From the NCBI GenBank assembly GCA_963772195.1, contig CAVYWE010000006.1, positions 39,785 through 103,784 of the forward strand: a stretch of DNA of 64,000 bases, written 5' to 3'. The notes beneath the pieces are model-generated. The model saw only the letters and a list, made by a program, of their open reading frames with translations, searched no databases and was not told the DNA's origin. The position numbers and the translations under genes were made by a program. The DNA comes from an uncultured Acidobacteriaceae bacterium (lineage in GTDB: Bacteria; Acidobacteriota; Terriglobia; Terriglobales; Acidobacteriaceae). Positions 25,289-34,723 of the stretch are shown piece by piece (position 1 is the first letter of the stretch; each line of letters begins with the position of its first letter).

Positions 25289-26260
25289 TTATCCTTCCCA
25301 AACAAACGCGTCGAACACTCTCGTAGATTCATAGCCGATGCGTTTATAGAGCGCAATAGCGCGGTCGTTGGCTTCCGTCACCGTCAGCGAGATGAAATGG
25401 AATCCCCTGTCCCGGAGATTTCTGGTCGAAGCCGCCAGCATGGCTTCGCCAAGCCCGGCGGAGCGGTGTTCGGGCAGCACGCAGACCTGAGTGATGTGGC
25501 CTACATCGGGACGCACCCGCGAGCAGAGGATCAGGCCGGTCAGGGTTTGAGTGCGGCGCTCCAGAACAACAAAGGATGCCTGGGGATCGAAGGTGCCGCA
25601 TCCGGGGAAGCGCACGATGTTGTTCAAGAAACGCAGCGAGCCGGTGAGGGTGCGGTACTGATCGTTAATTTCGGAATCGACGTGTCCACGGTACGCGGCG
25701 GTGATCAAGGCAGCGGCGGACTGGTATTCCTGCTCCGACCAGGGACGAATTTCAAACTGGGGTGGAAGCGTCGGTAGCGAAGTCTGCGGATGCTTGCCAA
25801 TATCGAAATTCATGAAGACACGGGAATGGCGGCTGAAGCCCTGTTGCAGAAAGGGGCGCGAGACTTCTCCAGTGTGGTGCGCCAGCAACTGCGCCTCCAC
25901 GCGATGGATTCCAGGCGACTGCTGCAGGGTTTCGATGACGTGGGTGAGCAGGCGTTCTTCGACCTCGTGCCGGTCGGGACCACGGGCTCCGTCGCGGGCT
26001 CCGTCGCGGACCGAGTCGCGGACGAAGAGGTCGCCGATGACGCCCTTATTCTGCTCGTACACAAAAAAGGAGTAGCCGAAAATGCTGCCGCGCTCGATGG
26101 CGGCATAACCGGGGAGAATTTTCGCGTCCATGTAGCGCAGGATCATCTCGGCGGAGGTGGCGTAGTCCCAGGAAAGCGCGCGGCCCCACATGGAGATCTC
26201 ATCTTCCAGCAACGGTCGAAGGTCGGCGGAAGAGAAGTGTCGAAGATCGAGAATTTCCAT
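25289..26260 (-). CDS. GNAT-family N-acetyltransferase (two-lobed)
   Basis: C-terminal acetyl-CoA site context VCVLPEHRSAGLGEAMLAAS...LTVTEANDRAIALYKRIGY. The N-terminal half is also GNAT-like. Confidence 0.8.
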   Translation of the reverse strand: MEILDLRHFSSADLRPLLEDEISMWGRALSWDYATSAEMILRYMDAKILPGYAAIERGSIFGYSFFVYEQNKGVIGDLFVRDSVRDGARDGARGPDRHEVEERLLTHVIETLQQSPGIHRVEAQLLAHHTGEVSRPFLQQGFSRHSRVFMNFDIGKHPQTSLPTLPPQFEIRPWSEQEYQSAAALITAAYRGHVDSEINDQYRTLTGSLRFLNNIVRFPGCGTFDPQASFVVLERRTQTLTGLILCSRVRPDVGHITQVCVLPEHRSAGLGEAMLAASTRNLRDRGFHFISLTVTEANDRAIALYKRIGYESTRVFDAFVWEG

Positions 26261-26266
26261 AAAAGA

Positions 26267-26374
26267 AGGTCTTAGGTCTTAGGTCTCAGGAAAAATCCGA
26301 GCGCAAATTCTACTACCAGTTTTAGAGTCTGGCGTCTGGCGCCTGAGACCTGCGACCTGACACCTGAGACCTTT
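26267..26374. repeat. intercistronic long hairpin built from 7-nt units (TCTYAGG type)
   Basis: Left arm aaggtcttaggtcttaggtctcagg. Right arm cctgagacctgcgacctgacacctgagacctt. Lies between the GT39 stop and the GNAT start. Confidence 0.7.
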
Positions 26375-26375
26375 C

Positions 26376-28013
26376 TTATCTTCCCACCCAGTACAACTCC
26401 AACTTCTGTGCCGGAATGCTGGTTAAGTATGACACTCGGCGCCCGGGAACCAGCCGGGCGACTTGGGATTGCGTCCCTTGTGCGGCAACCAGTACATGAT
26501 CTGCAGCCGGGATATTCCCTTCCTCGTATTTTTCTGCCGGACGATTGAGGTAAAACTCCAGACCGTATTCCTGCACACGATTTACGTGGAAGAGGGCGAT
26601 GGGGACCGGTTCGCGCGAAAACGCCTGAATGCTTTCGGCAATGGGGCGCGCGGATTGGGTAGCGTCGATGATGGGCGCGGCGAAACGAATGATGGCGGCT
26701 ACGCTTACGACGACGGCGAACATGGTGACGCGGCTCAGCAAGCGAAGTCCAGCGCGGGACAGGACCGCAGCGGTGACGCCGATCGCAAATACGGCGGCAA
26801 AGACGGCGGCGGAGTAGGTTCTGATTCCCCAGGAAAAGTGGCGATTTATTGCGATGGAAGCGGCGGAAAGAGAAGCGGAAAGAGCGGTAAAAATCAGCAG
26901 TCCGCAGAGAACTCCATGAGCGGCGGCGAACAGAGGCGAAAGCTTTTTGTCGTCACCGCGGCCGGCTTCATTGCGGCGAGCAGAGAGATATTCGACGACC
27001 AGGAGCGCTGCGGCCGGGATGGAAGGCAGAATATAGCCGGGCAGCTTGGATTGCGATGCGCTGAAAAACAGGACGGGCACAAGCATCCAGATGAAAAGAA
27101 ATAACGGCCATGAATCTTCCGGACTGGAGAAAGCCTGTTTGCCTTCTGACCAGATCAGGCGAGCGCGTTCGACCATGGCGAAGATGAGCACGATCGTCCA
27201 TGGCATCATGGCCAGCAAGAACACGGGCAGGTAGAACCAGAAAGGCTGGCGGTGGTGATACAGGTCCTGCGAGAAGCGCGCAAGATTATGTTCGAGGATG
27301 AAGACACGGAAGAATTCCGGGTTGCGCAGTTGGACGGCGATGTACCAGGGCAACATCACGGCGAGGTAGAGGACGATGCCGGGGATCCAGAGAGTGCGCG
27401 GAATGGCACGCCAGTCACGCTTTACAGCGACAAAGAGAAAAATGATGACAGCGGCGAGCGCGGGCGCGACCGGGCCTTTAGCTAAGGTTCCGAGCGCAAG
27501 AAAAATATAGAAAGCGGCGAGATAGACCCGCGTGCGACTTTCGTACCACGCGTACCAGCCGACCAATGCCATGGCGAAAGTGGCGGCGAGCGGCATGTCG
27601 GTCGCAGCGGCACGCGCAAATCCAATGACGGCCGCGCAACTGGCCGTGATGAGGGCGCCGTCGAGTTCGCTGCCTGGTCGAAACCGGCGGAGGAAGAAGT
27701 AGATCGCAGCGATGAGCATGGCGGCATCGAACGCGGCGGGCAGTCGGGCGGCCTGGTCGGTGATGCCGAAGGCACGGAACGCCAGCATCGCCTGCCAGTA
27801 ATAGAGCACCGGCTTTTCAAGCCACGGTTTGCCTTGCAGGGTTGGCGTAACCCAATCCGAGCGGTCCAGCATTTCGCGCGCCACTTGCGCGTAGCGGGGT
27901 TCATCGGCGCCGACCAGGCCGAAGGCCCCGAGGCCATAGAAAAAAAGGAATCCGCAGAACGCCGCGAGCAGCAACAGGTCGGTGCGGGTGCGTGGATTTG
28001 TTCCTTGAGTCAT
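26376..28013 (-). CDS. glycosyltransferase family 39 (ArnT/PMT-like) membrane protein
   Basis: GADEPRYAQVAREMLDRSDWVTPTLQGKPWLEKPVLYYW is the ArnT/PMT_2 N-terminal loop motif. At least 10 TM helices. Confidence 0.85.
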   Translation of the reverse strand: MTQGTNPRTRTDLLLLAAFCGFLFFYGLGAFGLVGADEPRYAQVAREMLDRSDWVTPTLQGKPWLEKPVLYYWQAMLAFRAFGITDQAARLPAAFDAAMLIAAIYFFLRRFRPGSELDGALITASCAAVIGFARAAATDMPLAATFAMALVGWYAWYESRTRVYLAAFYIFLALGTLAKGPVAPALAAVIIFLFVAVKRDWRAIPRTLWIPGIVLYLAVMLPWYIAVQLRNPEFFRVFILEHNLARFSQDLYHHRQPFWFYLPVFLLAMMPWTIVLIFAMVERARLIWSEGKQAFSSPEDSWPLFLFIWMLVPVLFFSASQSKLPGYILPSIPAAALLVVEYLSARRNEAGRGDDKKLSPLFAAAHGVLCGLLIFTALSASLSAASIAINRHFSWGIRTYSAAVFAAVFAIGVTAAVLSRAGLRLLSRVTMFAVVVSVAAIIRFAAPIIDATQSARPIAESIQAFSREPVPIALFHVNRVQEYGLEFYLNRPAEKYEEGNIPAADHVLVAAQGTQSQVARLVPGRRVSYLTSIPAQKLELYWVGR

Positions 28014-28016
28014 TTG

Positions 28017-28097
28017 CCGTTAGTTGGTCGCCAGGACTGCATGCTCGTTTCAGCTTCGCGAACAACTATCGACCAACGACTAACGACCAACGACTGG
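28017..28097. repeat. hairpin with 7-nt tandem units (CGACYAA type)
   Basis: Right arm cgaccaa cgactaa cgaccaa cgactgg. Left arm ccgttagttggtcg pairs with part of it. Lies between the nrnA stop and the GT39 start. Confidence 0.5.
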
Positions 28098-28118
28098 TTG
28101 ATCAGTTCGCGTTCAAGA

Positions 28119-29060
28119 CTACAGGTGCAGCCGATCCACAATCCGCGACACGGCGACGTCTAGAGGTCCTTCGAGCGAGCAGCCGCTAGCGCATTTGTGA
28201 CCGCCGCCGCCGAAATGCTCGGCCACGGCCGAGACATTCACTTCTCCTTTGCTGCGGAGACTGACGCGGCAGCGCTGATCGGGAAGTTCACGAAAGAAGA
28301 TGGCGACCTGCACGTCGGCTATGGAGAGCGCGTAGTTGACCAAGCCCTCGCAATCTTCTTCACGAGCGCCGAAGCGCTGCATCTGTTCCTGCGTGACCCA
28401 GATCCAGGCCAGCGGACCTTCGCGATGCAGGTTGGAGAGCGCTGCGCCAAGCAGCCGAAGTTTGGCCGTGGAATGTCCGAAATAAATGTGACGCGCACAG
28501 TGCGCGGGGTCAGCCCCGGCAAGCACGAGTTCGCGCGCGACGGTGAAAGTGTGCTCGTTGGTCCCTTCGAACATGAAGGAGCCAGTATCAGTCATGAGCG
28601 CGGTGTAGAGGCAGGTGGCAATGTCGCGATCGACCGGAACGCAGGCGAGCCGGGCCAAACGATAAACCAGCTCGGCGGTGGCCATCACCGTGGAATCGAT
28701 CCAGTTAATGTGGGCGAAATTGCGGCCGCTCACGTGATGGTCAATATTGATGAGAAAACATTCTTCGAGCCCCTCGAGCAGCGTGCGCCTGATGCTGTCG
28801 CATTCGAGCAGGATGACGGCGCCGTCCCCGGGGAAGTCCGCGGGGACCGTGTCGGACTGAATGACGCGATCGGCGAAAGGAAGGTTTTGGTAGATACGAG
28901 GAACGCCATCGTGCATGACGACTTCGGCGTCCTTGCCCATGATGCGCAGAATCTGGCCACAAGCCAGGGCAGAGCCGATGCCATCCCCGTCGGGCCGGGC
29001 GTGCGAGGTCACCACGAAGCGGTGACGCGCGCGAATTTCTTGTAGAACCCGTTCTAGCAT
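28119..29060 (-). CDS. nrnA: DHH/DHHA1 phosphoesterase NrnA (oligoribonuclease/pAp phosphatase)
   Basis: HARPDGDGIGSALA (DHH motif I/II), NIDHH, and the DHHA1 GGGGHKCASG. Confidence 0.85.
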   Translation of the reverse strand: MLERVLQEIRARHRFVVTSHARPDGDGIGSALACGQILRIMGKDAEVVMHDGVPRIYQNLPFADRVIQSDTVPADFPGDGAVILLECDSIRRTLLEGLEECFLINIDHHVSGRNFAHINWIDSTVMATAELVYRLARLACVPVDRDIATCLYTALMTDTGSFMFEGTNEHTFTVARELVLAGADPAHCARHIYFGHSTAKLRLLGAALSNLHREGPLAWIWVTQEQMQRFGAREEDCEGLVNYALSIADVQVAIFFRELPDQRCRVSLRSKGEVNVSAVAEHFGGGGHKCASGCSLEGPLDVAVSRIVDRLHL

Positions 29061-29076
29061 GAGGTGCTCTGCTCTC

Positions 29077-29156
29077 GAGTTCTCAGTTCCGGTTCTCAGT
29101 TCTCAGTCAAGAACGCCAAGCACTTACTGAGAACTGAGAACCGAGAACTGAGAACT
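29077..29156. repeat. intercistronic long hairpin built from 7-nt units (CTGAGAA type)
   Basis: gagttctcagttccggttctcagttctcagt / 18-nt loop / actgagaactgagaaccgagaactgagaact. Lies between the rbfA stop and the nrnA start. Confidence 0.8.
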
Positions 29157-29160
29157 ATTT

Positions 29161-29544
29161 TTATGGGCTCGGCTCAGCATCCTTCCGTTTACGTTTTTTG
29201 GCGCGGCCAAGAAGCTCGTCCACCCGGCTCTCCAATTCATCGGCACGATCAATCTGGAAATAAAGTTCCGGAGGCCGCCGCAAACGCAGCCGTTCCGCGA
29301 GTTCATGCCGGACATAGTTCTTGGCCGCGGAAAGCCCTTCGAGCGTCCGCTCCGCCTCGGCCTCATCGCCGGCAACGCTAACCATGATGCGGGCAGAACG
29401 CGCGTCCTGCGCCATAAGCACGGCGCTGACACTGGCCAAGCCAATGCGGGGATCCCGGAGTTCCCCTTCGAGGATAGTTTCAATCTCTTCGCGGATGGCC
29501 TCGCTCAGCCGTCCGCGATGATATTTCTGGCCACGATGCTCCAC
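29161..29544 (-). CDS. rbfA: ribosome-binding factor A
   Basis: RLSEAIREEIETILEGELRDPRIG...VSAVLMAQDARSARIMV...LRLRRPPELYFQID is the RbfA KH-like signature. GTG start. Confidence 0.9.
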   Translation of the reverse strand: MEHRGQKYHRGRLSEAIREEIETILEGELRDPRIGLASVSAVLMAQDARSARIMVSVAGDEAEAERTLEGLSAAKNYVRHELAERLRLRRPPELYFQIDRADELESRVDELLGRAKKRKRKDAEPSP

Positions 29545-29634
29545 GGCGCACCTCGAATGGAGGAAAACTCGTAAGGATATCAGAAAGAAAGGTTCGAGGA
29601 ACTGGCTCGTAGCTCGCAGCCTACTTATTCGCCT

Positions 29635-29922
29635 TCACAGGAACTCCACGAACGAGTCCGTGACTTCGGCGCCGGCGTTGTTGGCGATGCGTGTAGCAGC
29701 GCGTTCTACGTTTTTCATCAGCCCGTCAAGGTAGTCGCGCGAGTGCGAGACGCTCACCACGCCAATCGTCGCCTGATTCCAAAGAAGACTAGGATCTAGT
29801 TCGGCGACAGCGACATTGAACGACGAGCGGAGGCGATCTTTGAGACTACGTGTAACCTGACGCTTGTCCTTGAGTGAGTGCGCCGCTTCGATCCGGAGTT
29901 CGAGAGTAAGGAAAGCAATCAT
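29635..29922 (-). CDS. DUF503 (YlxP-like) protein
   Basis: LTLELRIEAAHSLKDKRQVTRSLKDRLRSSFNVAVAEL matches DUF503. Usual position upstream of rbfA. Start is probably ATG 29922 (the track start is 29949). Confidence 0.8.
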   Translation of the reverse strand: MIAFLTLELRIEAAHSLKDKRQVTRSLKDRLRSSFNVAVAELDPSLLWNQATIGVVSVSHSRDYLDGLMKNVERAATRIANNAGAEVTDSFVEFL

Positions 29923-29974
29923 GGGAATATATACGGTAGCCCAAAACAAGTTGTGTCAGAGCAGCAAGTCACGC

Positions 29975-30018
29975 GTAGGGACAGCCGCCCCCGGCAGTCC
30001 AGCCGAGCACAGCTCGGC
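29975..30018. repeat. GC-rich hairpin repeat (GTAGGGAC variant)
   Basis: gtagggacagccgcccccggcagtcc followed by gccgagcacagctcggc. The second stem is nearly identical to the one at 60790. Confidence 0.6.
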
Positions 30019-30265
30019 GCCCCGCAGGAATGCAGCCCGGGAACCGACCTCAACTCATTGATCCACAATGACTTATCGGATGCCGCCAAGCCGCTCATCG
30101 CCTCTGCACGAAATTTAGAGCATTTTCCCCGCTCCTCGTGCTACACTAGAAGTCGCTAAGTTTGACTCACAAGCAGTTGAAGGTCGGTATCGCCAACCAG
30201 CGTCACCCCCTCTACAGCAGCGAATCTTCTCAGCACATTTCAAGAAACAAGAAAAAGGAACATCA

Positions 30266-30469
30266 ATGGCAGAACAAGGAACAGTGAAGTGGTTTAACGA
30301 CGCCAAAGGCTATGGTTTCATCAGCCGTCAAAATGGCGAAGACGTTTTCGTGCATTTCTCCGCTATTCAAGCTGGCGGCTTCAAGAGCCTGCAAGAAGGC
30401 CAAACCGTGCAGTTCGACGTGACCAAGGGCCCAAAAGGCTGGCAAGCGGAGAACGTTACTGCTGTCTAG
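30266..30469 (+). CDS. cspA: cold-shock protein (CspA family)
   Basis: [15 protein letters not shown] (RNP1) and VFVHFSAI (RNP2). 67 aa. Confidence 0.95.
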   Translation: MAEQGTVKWFNDAKGYGFISRQNGEDVFVHFSAIQAGGFKSLQEGQTVQFDVTKGPKGWQAENVTAV

Positions 30470-30501
30470 GGTACGCTCTTAGCGATAACTGATAACTAAG
30501 G

Positions 30502-30535
30502 TGCCTGGGATTCGAAAGAATCCCGGGCATTTTTA
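30502..30535 (+). terminator. rho-independent terminator of cspA
   Basis: tgcctgggattc gaaa gaatcccgggca followed by ttttt. Confidence 0.75.
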
Positions 30536-30651
30536 CGTGCTGTGCAATGCTCCGCTTCGCACCCAGGTTTCCCCCGTGCTCTTTCCCTGTGTACCTCCGT
30601 GCCCCCTGTGGTTCGCTCTTTTTCTCGTCTTCCGCAACCCTCCAGGTACCC

Positions 30652-30688
30652 AAAATAAAAAACGGGAACCCGATGCCCCGGATTCCCG
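30652..30688 (-). terminator. rho-independent terminator of the NHL-repeat gene
   Basis: Reverse strand cgggaatccggggcatcgggttcccg (9-bp stem), followed by ttttttatttt, 23 nt after the stop. Confidence 0.65.
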
Positions 30689-30710
30689 CCCCTCTCAACC
30701 AGAGAACGAT

Positions 30711-33700
30711 TTATGTCCCGTTGCCGGTGACGTTTACCAGTTGCGGACTCCCGCCTCCGTTATCGAAGACGTTGAGTACCGCCTTCTGTCCAGTGCCCAC
30801 CGCTGCCGGCGCGTACTGGACGGTCAGCGTGCAATTTAATCCCGGACCAACCGAGCTACAGGTGTTAGCGGTCACGCTGTAGACCGAGGCGTAAGTGCCC
30901 GTGAACGAGGTTCCGCTCACGGTCAAGGTATTCGACGCGCTGACGTTTTTGACCGTCAGATTCAGCGACTTCGTGTTGCCATGAACCACGTTGCCGAAGC
31001 TCAGACTGGCCGGGCTGAACACTACTTCCGTGCCGACGCCCGTCAGCGGCAACACCAGCGTGCTGTTGTTAGGATCGCCCGTGAAGCTCGCCGTAACCGT
31101 ACCGGGGACCGTGTTAATTGCCGTCGGCGTGAACACCACGTTGAAACTGCAGCTTCCGCCGGCGGCTAACACCGTATTGCCGGTCAGGTTGCAGGGTCCA
31201 GTAACTCCGGTGGTATTTAGACTGTAACTCGCCGATGCCGCCAGGTTGGTTAACGTAAGCGAACCGGTGCCCGAGTATTTGAAGGTAACCTTCGCCGCCT
31301 TGCTGTTGGTATTGAGCAAGGTCGCACCGAAGGTGACCGTCGCGGGCGTGAACGATTCAAAGCTGCTGCCCGTGCCGCTATAGCCCAGCAACAAAGGACT
31401 TGCCGCGTCGTTGCTCTTCACCACCAACGTGCCTTTCTTGACGCCCGGGCTGTGCGGCGTGAAAGTCACGACGATGGTGCACTTCGCCTTGCTGGCCAGC
31501 GCTCCGCCCGTCAGCGGACAGGTGCTGGTGTTGCTGAAGGCATAGTCGGTGGTTTGCGTGAGTGTGATGCCGGAGATGGTCACCGACGCAGATCCCGCGT
31601 TCGTTAAGGTAACCGACTTCGTGGACGAGGTATTCAGCGGTACCGAGCCAAACGCCAGCGTGCCGGTGATCGAAAGCCCCGCGCCCTTGCCTTCCAGCGC
31701 TATCGAACTCACCGTGCCGAAGTAGCCGTTGCTGTTGATGGTCAGCGTGCCGGTGCGGAGCCCGCTGGCCGTGGGTGTGAAGTACACATACACGGTGCAG
31801 TTGGAGCCGTTGGGCAGGCTGCCACTACAGTTGTCGATTTCGCTGAAGTCGCCGGTGGCGGTAATGCTCGAAATCGCCGCCGGTCCAACGCCGCTCAGCG
31901 TAACCGCTTGCGGAGTAGCGGTAGTGCCCACCGGGGAGAGGCCAAAGGCCAGGCTCCCGGTCGAGCGCCCGATTGCGGCAAACGCGTTGACCTCACGCAC
32001 GCGGAAGTTGTATGTGTCCGTGATGAACAGGTTCCCAGTGCCATCGACATATACGCCAAGCGGATAGTACAAGCTGGCGCTGATGGCGGGGCCGCCATCG
32101 CCCGCAAATGCTGGTGTGCCGTTGCCGGCTACCGTAGTCATGGTTCCGCCACCGTCCACCATGCGGATGCGATGGTTGTATTGATCGGCGAAGAACAGGT
32201 TGTCATTCGCGTCAAGCCAGATGCCCCCCGGGTAGTAGACGGAGTTCTGGGTAGCGATGCCATCTCCCGAGAACCCGCCCGCGCCATTGCCGGCCACGGT
32301 AGTGATGTTGCCGGACGCGGCGCTGACTTTGCGAATGCGCTGATTGTTGTAGTCGGCGATGTAGATGTTCCCCGCTGAATCGACCTTCATATCCTGGGGA
32401 GAAGTCAGTTTGGCGCTGGTGGCTGGGCCGCCGTCGCCGCTGTAGCCGGGAGTTTGCGGAGTGCCCGCCACCGTGGTGATGGTGCCGCCACTCACCTTGC
32501 GGATGATGTGGTTGTAGTTGTCGGCAATGTAGAGGTTGTTGCTGGAATCTACCGCCACACCTGCTGGGTAGTAGAGGTTCGCGCTGGTAGCCGGACCGCC
32601 ATCGCCGCCATAGGTACAACTGGAAGGTATTCCCGCCACGGTGCCGATGTTGCCCGCAGTGTCCACCTTGCGGATGATGCAGTTGTACGGGTCCGCGATG
32701 TAGACGTTTCCCGCACTGTCGCGAGCAACGCCTTCCGGGTTGTTGAGTTCCGCCGTGTTGGCGGGGATGCCGTCGCCGTTGTAGCCTCCAGTACCGGTTC
32801 CGGCGAAGATGTTCACCAAGCTGGAGGAGATCACGAGTTCCTGAACCGCGTTATCGCTCTGATTCGCAACGAACATGTTTCCGGAAGGATCTCCGACAAT
32901 GCCCCACGGATAGTTGAGCGTGATGCCGGTGGAAGTGCCGTTGACCAGGGTCGTCTGGTTGGTGCTGCCGTTCCCCGCAACAGTGTTGATGGTCTGGGTG
33001 CTGTCCACCTTGCGCACGCGCTGGTTGTAGGAATCGGCAATGTAGAGGTTGCCCGCCGAGTCCACCGCCGGCGAGACCGGGGCATACAAATAAGCATTGA
33101 TGGCAGGGCAGCCATCGCCAATGCTGTCGGTCTGCCCGGCGCAGCCCCCTCCGCCGCCAGCCACGGTATGGATGCTGCCGCCCACGGTGAACTCGCGGAT
33201 GTAGCCATAGTAGTAGCCGCCATTGTAGCCATCTGCCACCCACACGCTCGTCCCGGCCGAATTTACCGCCACGCCCAAAGGGTTGTACAGCGTCGCGCTG
33301 GTCGCAGGGCCGCCATCGCCGGTGTCCCCAGGAGTGCCGAGGGTTCCCGCGACGGTTTTTACTTTGTCCGTTGCGGCTACTACCTCACGAATAATGAAGT
33401 CGTATGTGTCGGAGATGAAGAGGTCGCCGCTGCTATCCACGGCGATCCCGTTCGGTAGATAAAAACCGCAACTCGTGGCCAGAACTCCGTTGGCGCAGGC
33501 GGTGGCAGTACCGTCTCCCGCTACCGTGGAGATACTGTCGGAGGAGATCACCAGCTTGCGGATGCGGTAGTTGGAGGCGTCCGCGATGAACAGATTCCCG
33601 CTGGAATCGAGCGTGATCTGATTTGGTTGGCAAAGGCTGTGCTGAGTCGCGGGTTTTCCATCACCACCGGCGCCGGTCGTATCGCCGTCGTAGGTACAGG

Positions 33701-34127
33701 AACCCGTACCCGCAATGGTGCTGATAATTCCGCTGGAATTCACCATGCGGATTACCTGGTTGCCGAAATCGGCAATGTATACGTTGCCGGAGCCATCCAC
33801 CGCCACCCCCTCTGGGTTGTAGAGGGTGGCCTGCGTGGCCGGCCCGTTATCGCCGGAATACCCCTGCAGCCCGTTGCCGGCGACGACAGTCAGCGTGCCG
33901 GAAGCGTTCACCTTGAAAACGCGTTGGCTCGTGTAGGGGGCGGAAAAATAGTAGTTGCCCGCGTTGTCGAAGGCCACAAACTGTGGGCCATTGATATCGG
34001 CGTCGAGTGCCGGGACGTTGTTCGGTCCGCCACCGATCAAGGTAGAGATAAAATTTTGCTGGGCCGCCGCCGCGAGGGTCAGGGCCAACACGGTAGAAAT
34101 CAAAAGCAAATTTCGCGAAGCGCGCAT
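30711..34127 (-). CDS. secreted NHL-repeat beta-propeller protein with C-terminal Ig-like (choice-of-anchor-D/ASH-type) domains
   Basis: Signal peptide. About a dozen NHL units (LYNPxGVAVDSxGNLYIADxxNxxIRKV). Then 4-5 repeats of LxFGxV...VTLTNxG...C(T/S)xxVxFxPT. Confidence 0.85.
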   Translation of the reverse strand: MRASRNLLLISTVLALTLAAAAQQNFISTLIGGGPNNVPALDADINGPQFVAFDNAGNYYFSAPYTSQRVFKVNASGTLTVVAGNGLQGYSGDNGPATQATLYNPEGVAVDGSGNVYIADFGNQVIRMVNSSGIISTIAGTGSCTYDGDTTGAGGDGKPATQHSLCQPNQITLDSSGNLFIADASNYRIRKLVISSDSISTVAGDGTATACANGVLATSCGFYLPNGIAVDSSGDLFISDTYDFIIREVVAATDKVKTVAGTLGTPGDTGDGGPATSATLYNPLGVAVNSAGTSVWVADGYNGGYYYGYIREFTVGGSIHTVAGGGGGCAGQTDSIGDGCPAINAYLYAPVSPAVDSAGNLYIADSYNQRVRKVDSTQTINTVAGNGSTNQTTLVNGTSTGITLNYPWGIVGDPSGNMFVANQSDNAVQELVISSSLVNIFAGTGTGGYNGDGIPANTAELNNPEGVARDSAGNVYIADPYNCIIRKVDTAGNIGTVAGIPSSCTYGGDGGPATSANLYYPAGVAVDSSNNLYIADNYNHIIRKVSGGTITTVAGTPQTPGYSGDGGPATSAKLTSPQDMKVDSAGNIYIADYNNQRIRKVSAASGNITTVAGNGAGGFSGDGIATQNSVYYPGGIWLDANDNLFFADQYNHRIRMVDGGGTMTTVAGNGTPAFAGDGGPAISASLYYPLGVYVDGTGNLFITDTYNFRVREVNAFAAIGRSTGSLAFGLSPVGTTATPQAVTLSGVGPAAISSITATGDFSEIDNCSGSLPNGSNCTVYVYFTPTASGLRTGTLTINSNGYFGTVSSIALEGKGAGLSITGTLAFGSVPLNTSSTKSVTLTNAGSASVTISGITLTQTTDYAFSNTSTCPLTGGALASKAKCTIVVTFTPHSPGVKKGTLVVKSNDAASPLLLGYSGTGSSFESFTPATVTFGATLLNTNSKAAKVTFKYSGTGSLTLTNLAASASYSLNTTGVTGPCNLTGNTVLAAGGSCSFNVVFTPTAINTVPGTVTASFTGDPNNSTLVLPLTGVGTEVVFSPASLSFGNVVHGNTKSLNLTVKNVSASNTLTVSGTSFTGTYASVYSVTANTCSSVGPGLNCTLTVQYAPAAVGTGQKAVLNVFDNGGGSPQLVNVTGNGT

Positions 34128-34160
34128 AAGTACTCTCTCCTGGAAGATTGGTCCACCATT

Positions 34161-34234
34161 AGTTCTCGGTTCTCAGTTCTCAGTAAAAGGCTCACGAGTT
34201 CAAACTGAGAACTGAGAACCGGGAACTGAGAACT
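34161..34234. repeat. intercistronic long hairpin built from 7-nt units (CTGAGAA type)
   Basis: agttctcggttctcagttctcagt / loop / actgagaactgagaaccgggaactgagaact. The right arm is 30/31 identical to the element at 29126..29156. Confidence 0.8.
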
Positions 34235-34241
34235 GCCCTAG

Positions 34242-34712
34242 CTAGTTCACCGACTCGGGCAATGCGGGACGGCGGGAGATCTGCACTCCGCGCTCGACCA
34301 CGCCACCGCTGCTGTCGCGGAAGAGCACGACGACTCGAGGGCCGCGGCCACGCATCTCCCACTGCTTGAACTCTTCTTTGGACACGGTGAATTGCTGGTG
34401 AAGAATGACGTCTCGGCCGGCTTTCAGTTGCTTCGGCACCGGGAACGATCCGATGGGCGCGGTGTTAGCCGGCCCCGAGTTCATGAGCGCCACGACCGGG
34501 CTCTGGAGGTCGCCGGCGGAGAAGTTGGAGAGTTGAACCGACATGCGAAGTTGAACTTTGTCGCCCAGATCGGCGACGTTGCTGAGGGCGTAAAAGCCCG
34601 CGAAATCGCGGCCGTCCACGGCAAACGAGGGCAGCGCAAGCGCGAGCACAAGCACGAAGACCGGCAGCAGCAGCAAACCGGTCCGGTGCGAAAAAGCGGG
34701 GATCATAGGCAT
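34242..34712 (-). CDS. small secreted hypothetical protein
   Basis: ATG 34712 is preceded by AAGGAG. Signal peptide MPMIPAFSHRTGLLLLPVFVLVLALALPSFA. 156 aa, no family recognised. The track ORF extension to 34901 (TTG start) reads through the tandem array. Confidence 0.6.
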   Translation of the reverse strand: MPMIPAFSHRTGLLLLPVFVLVLALALPSFAVDGRDFAGFYALSNVADLGDKVQLRMSVQLSNFSAGDLQSPVVALMNSGPANTAPIGSFPVPKQLKAGRDVILHQQFTVSKEEFKQWEMRGRGPRVVVLFRDSSGGVVERGVQISRRPALPESVN

Positions 34713-34723
34713 AACCTCTCCTT

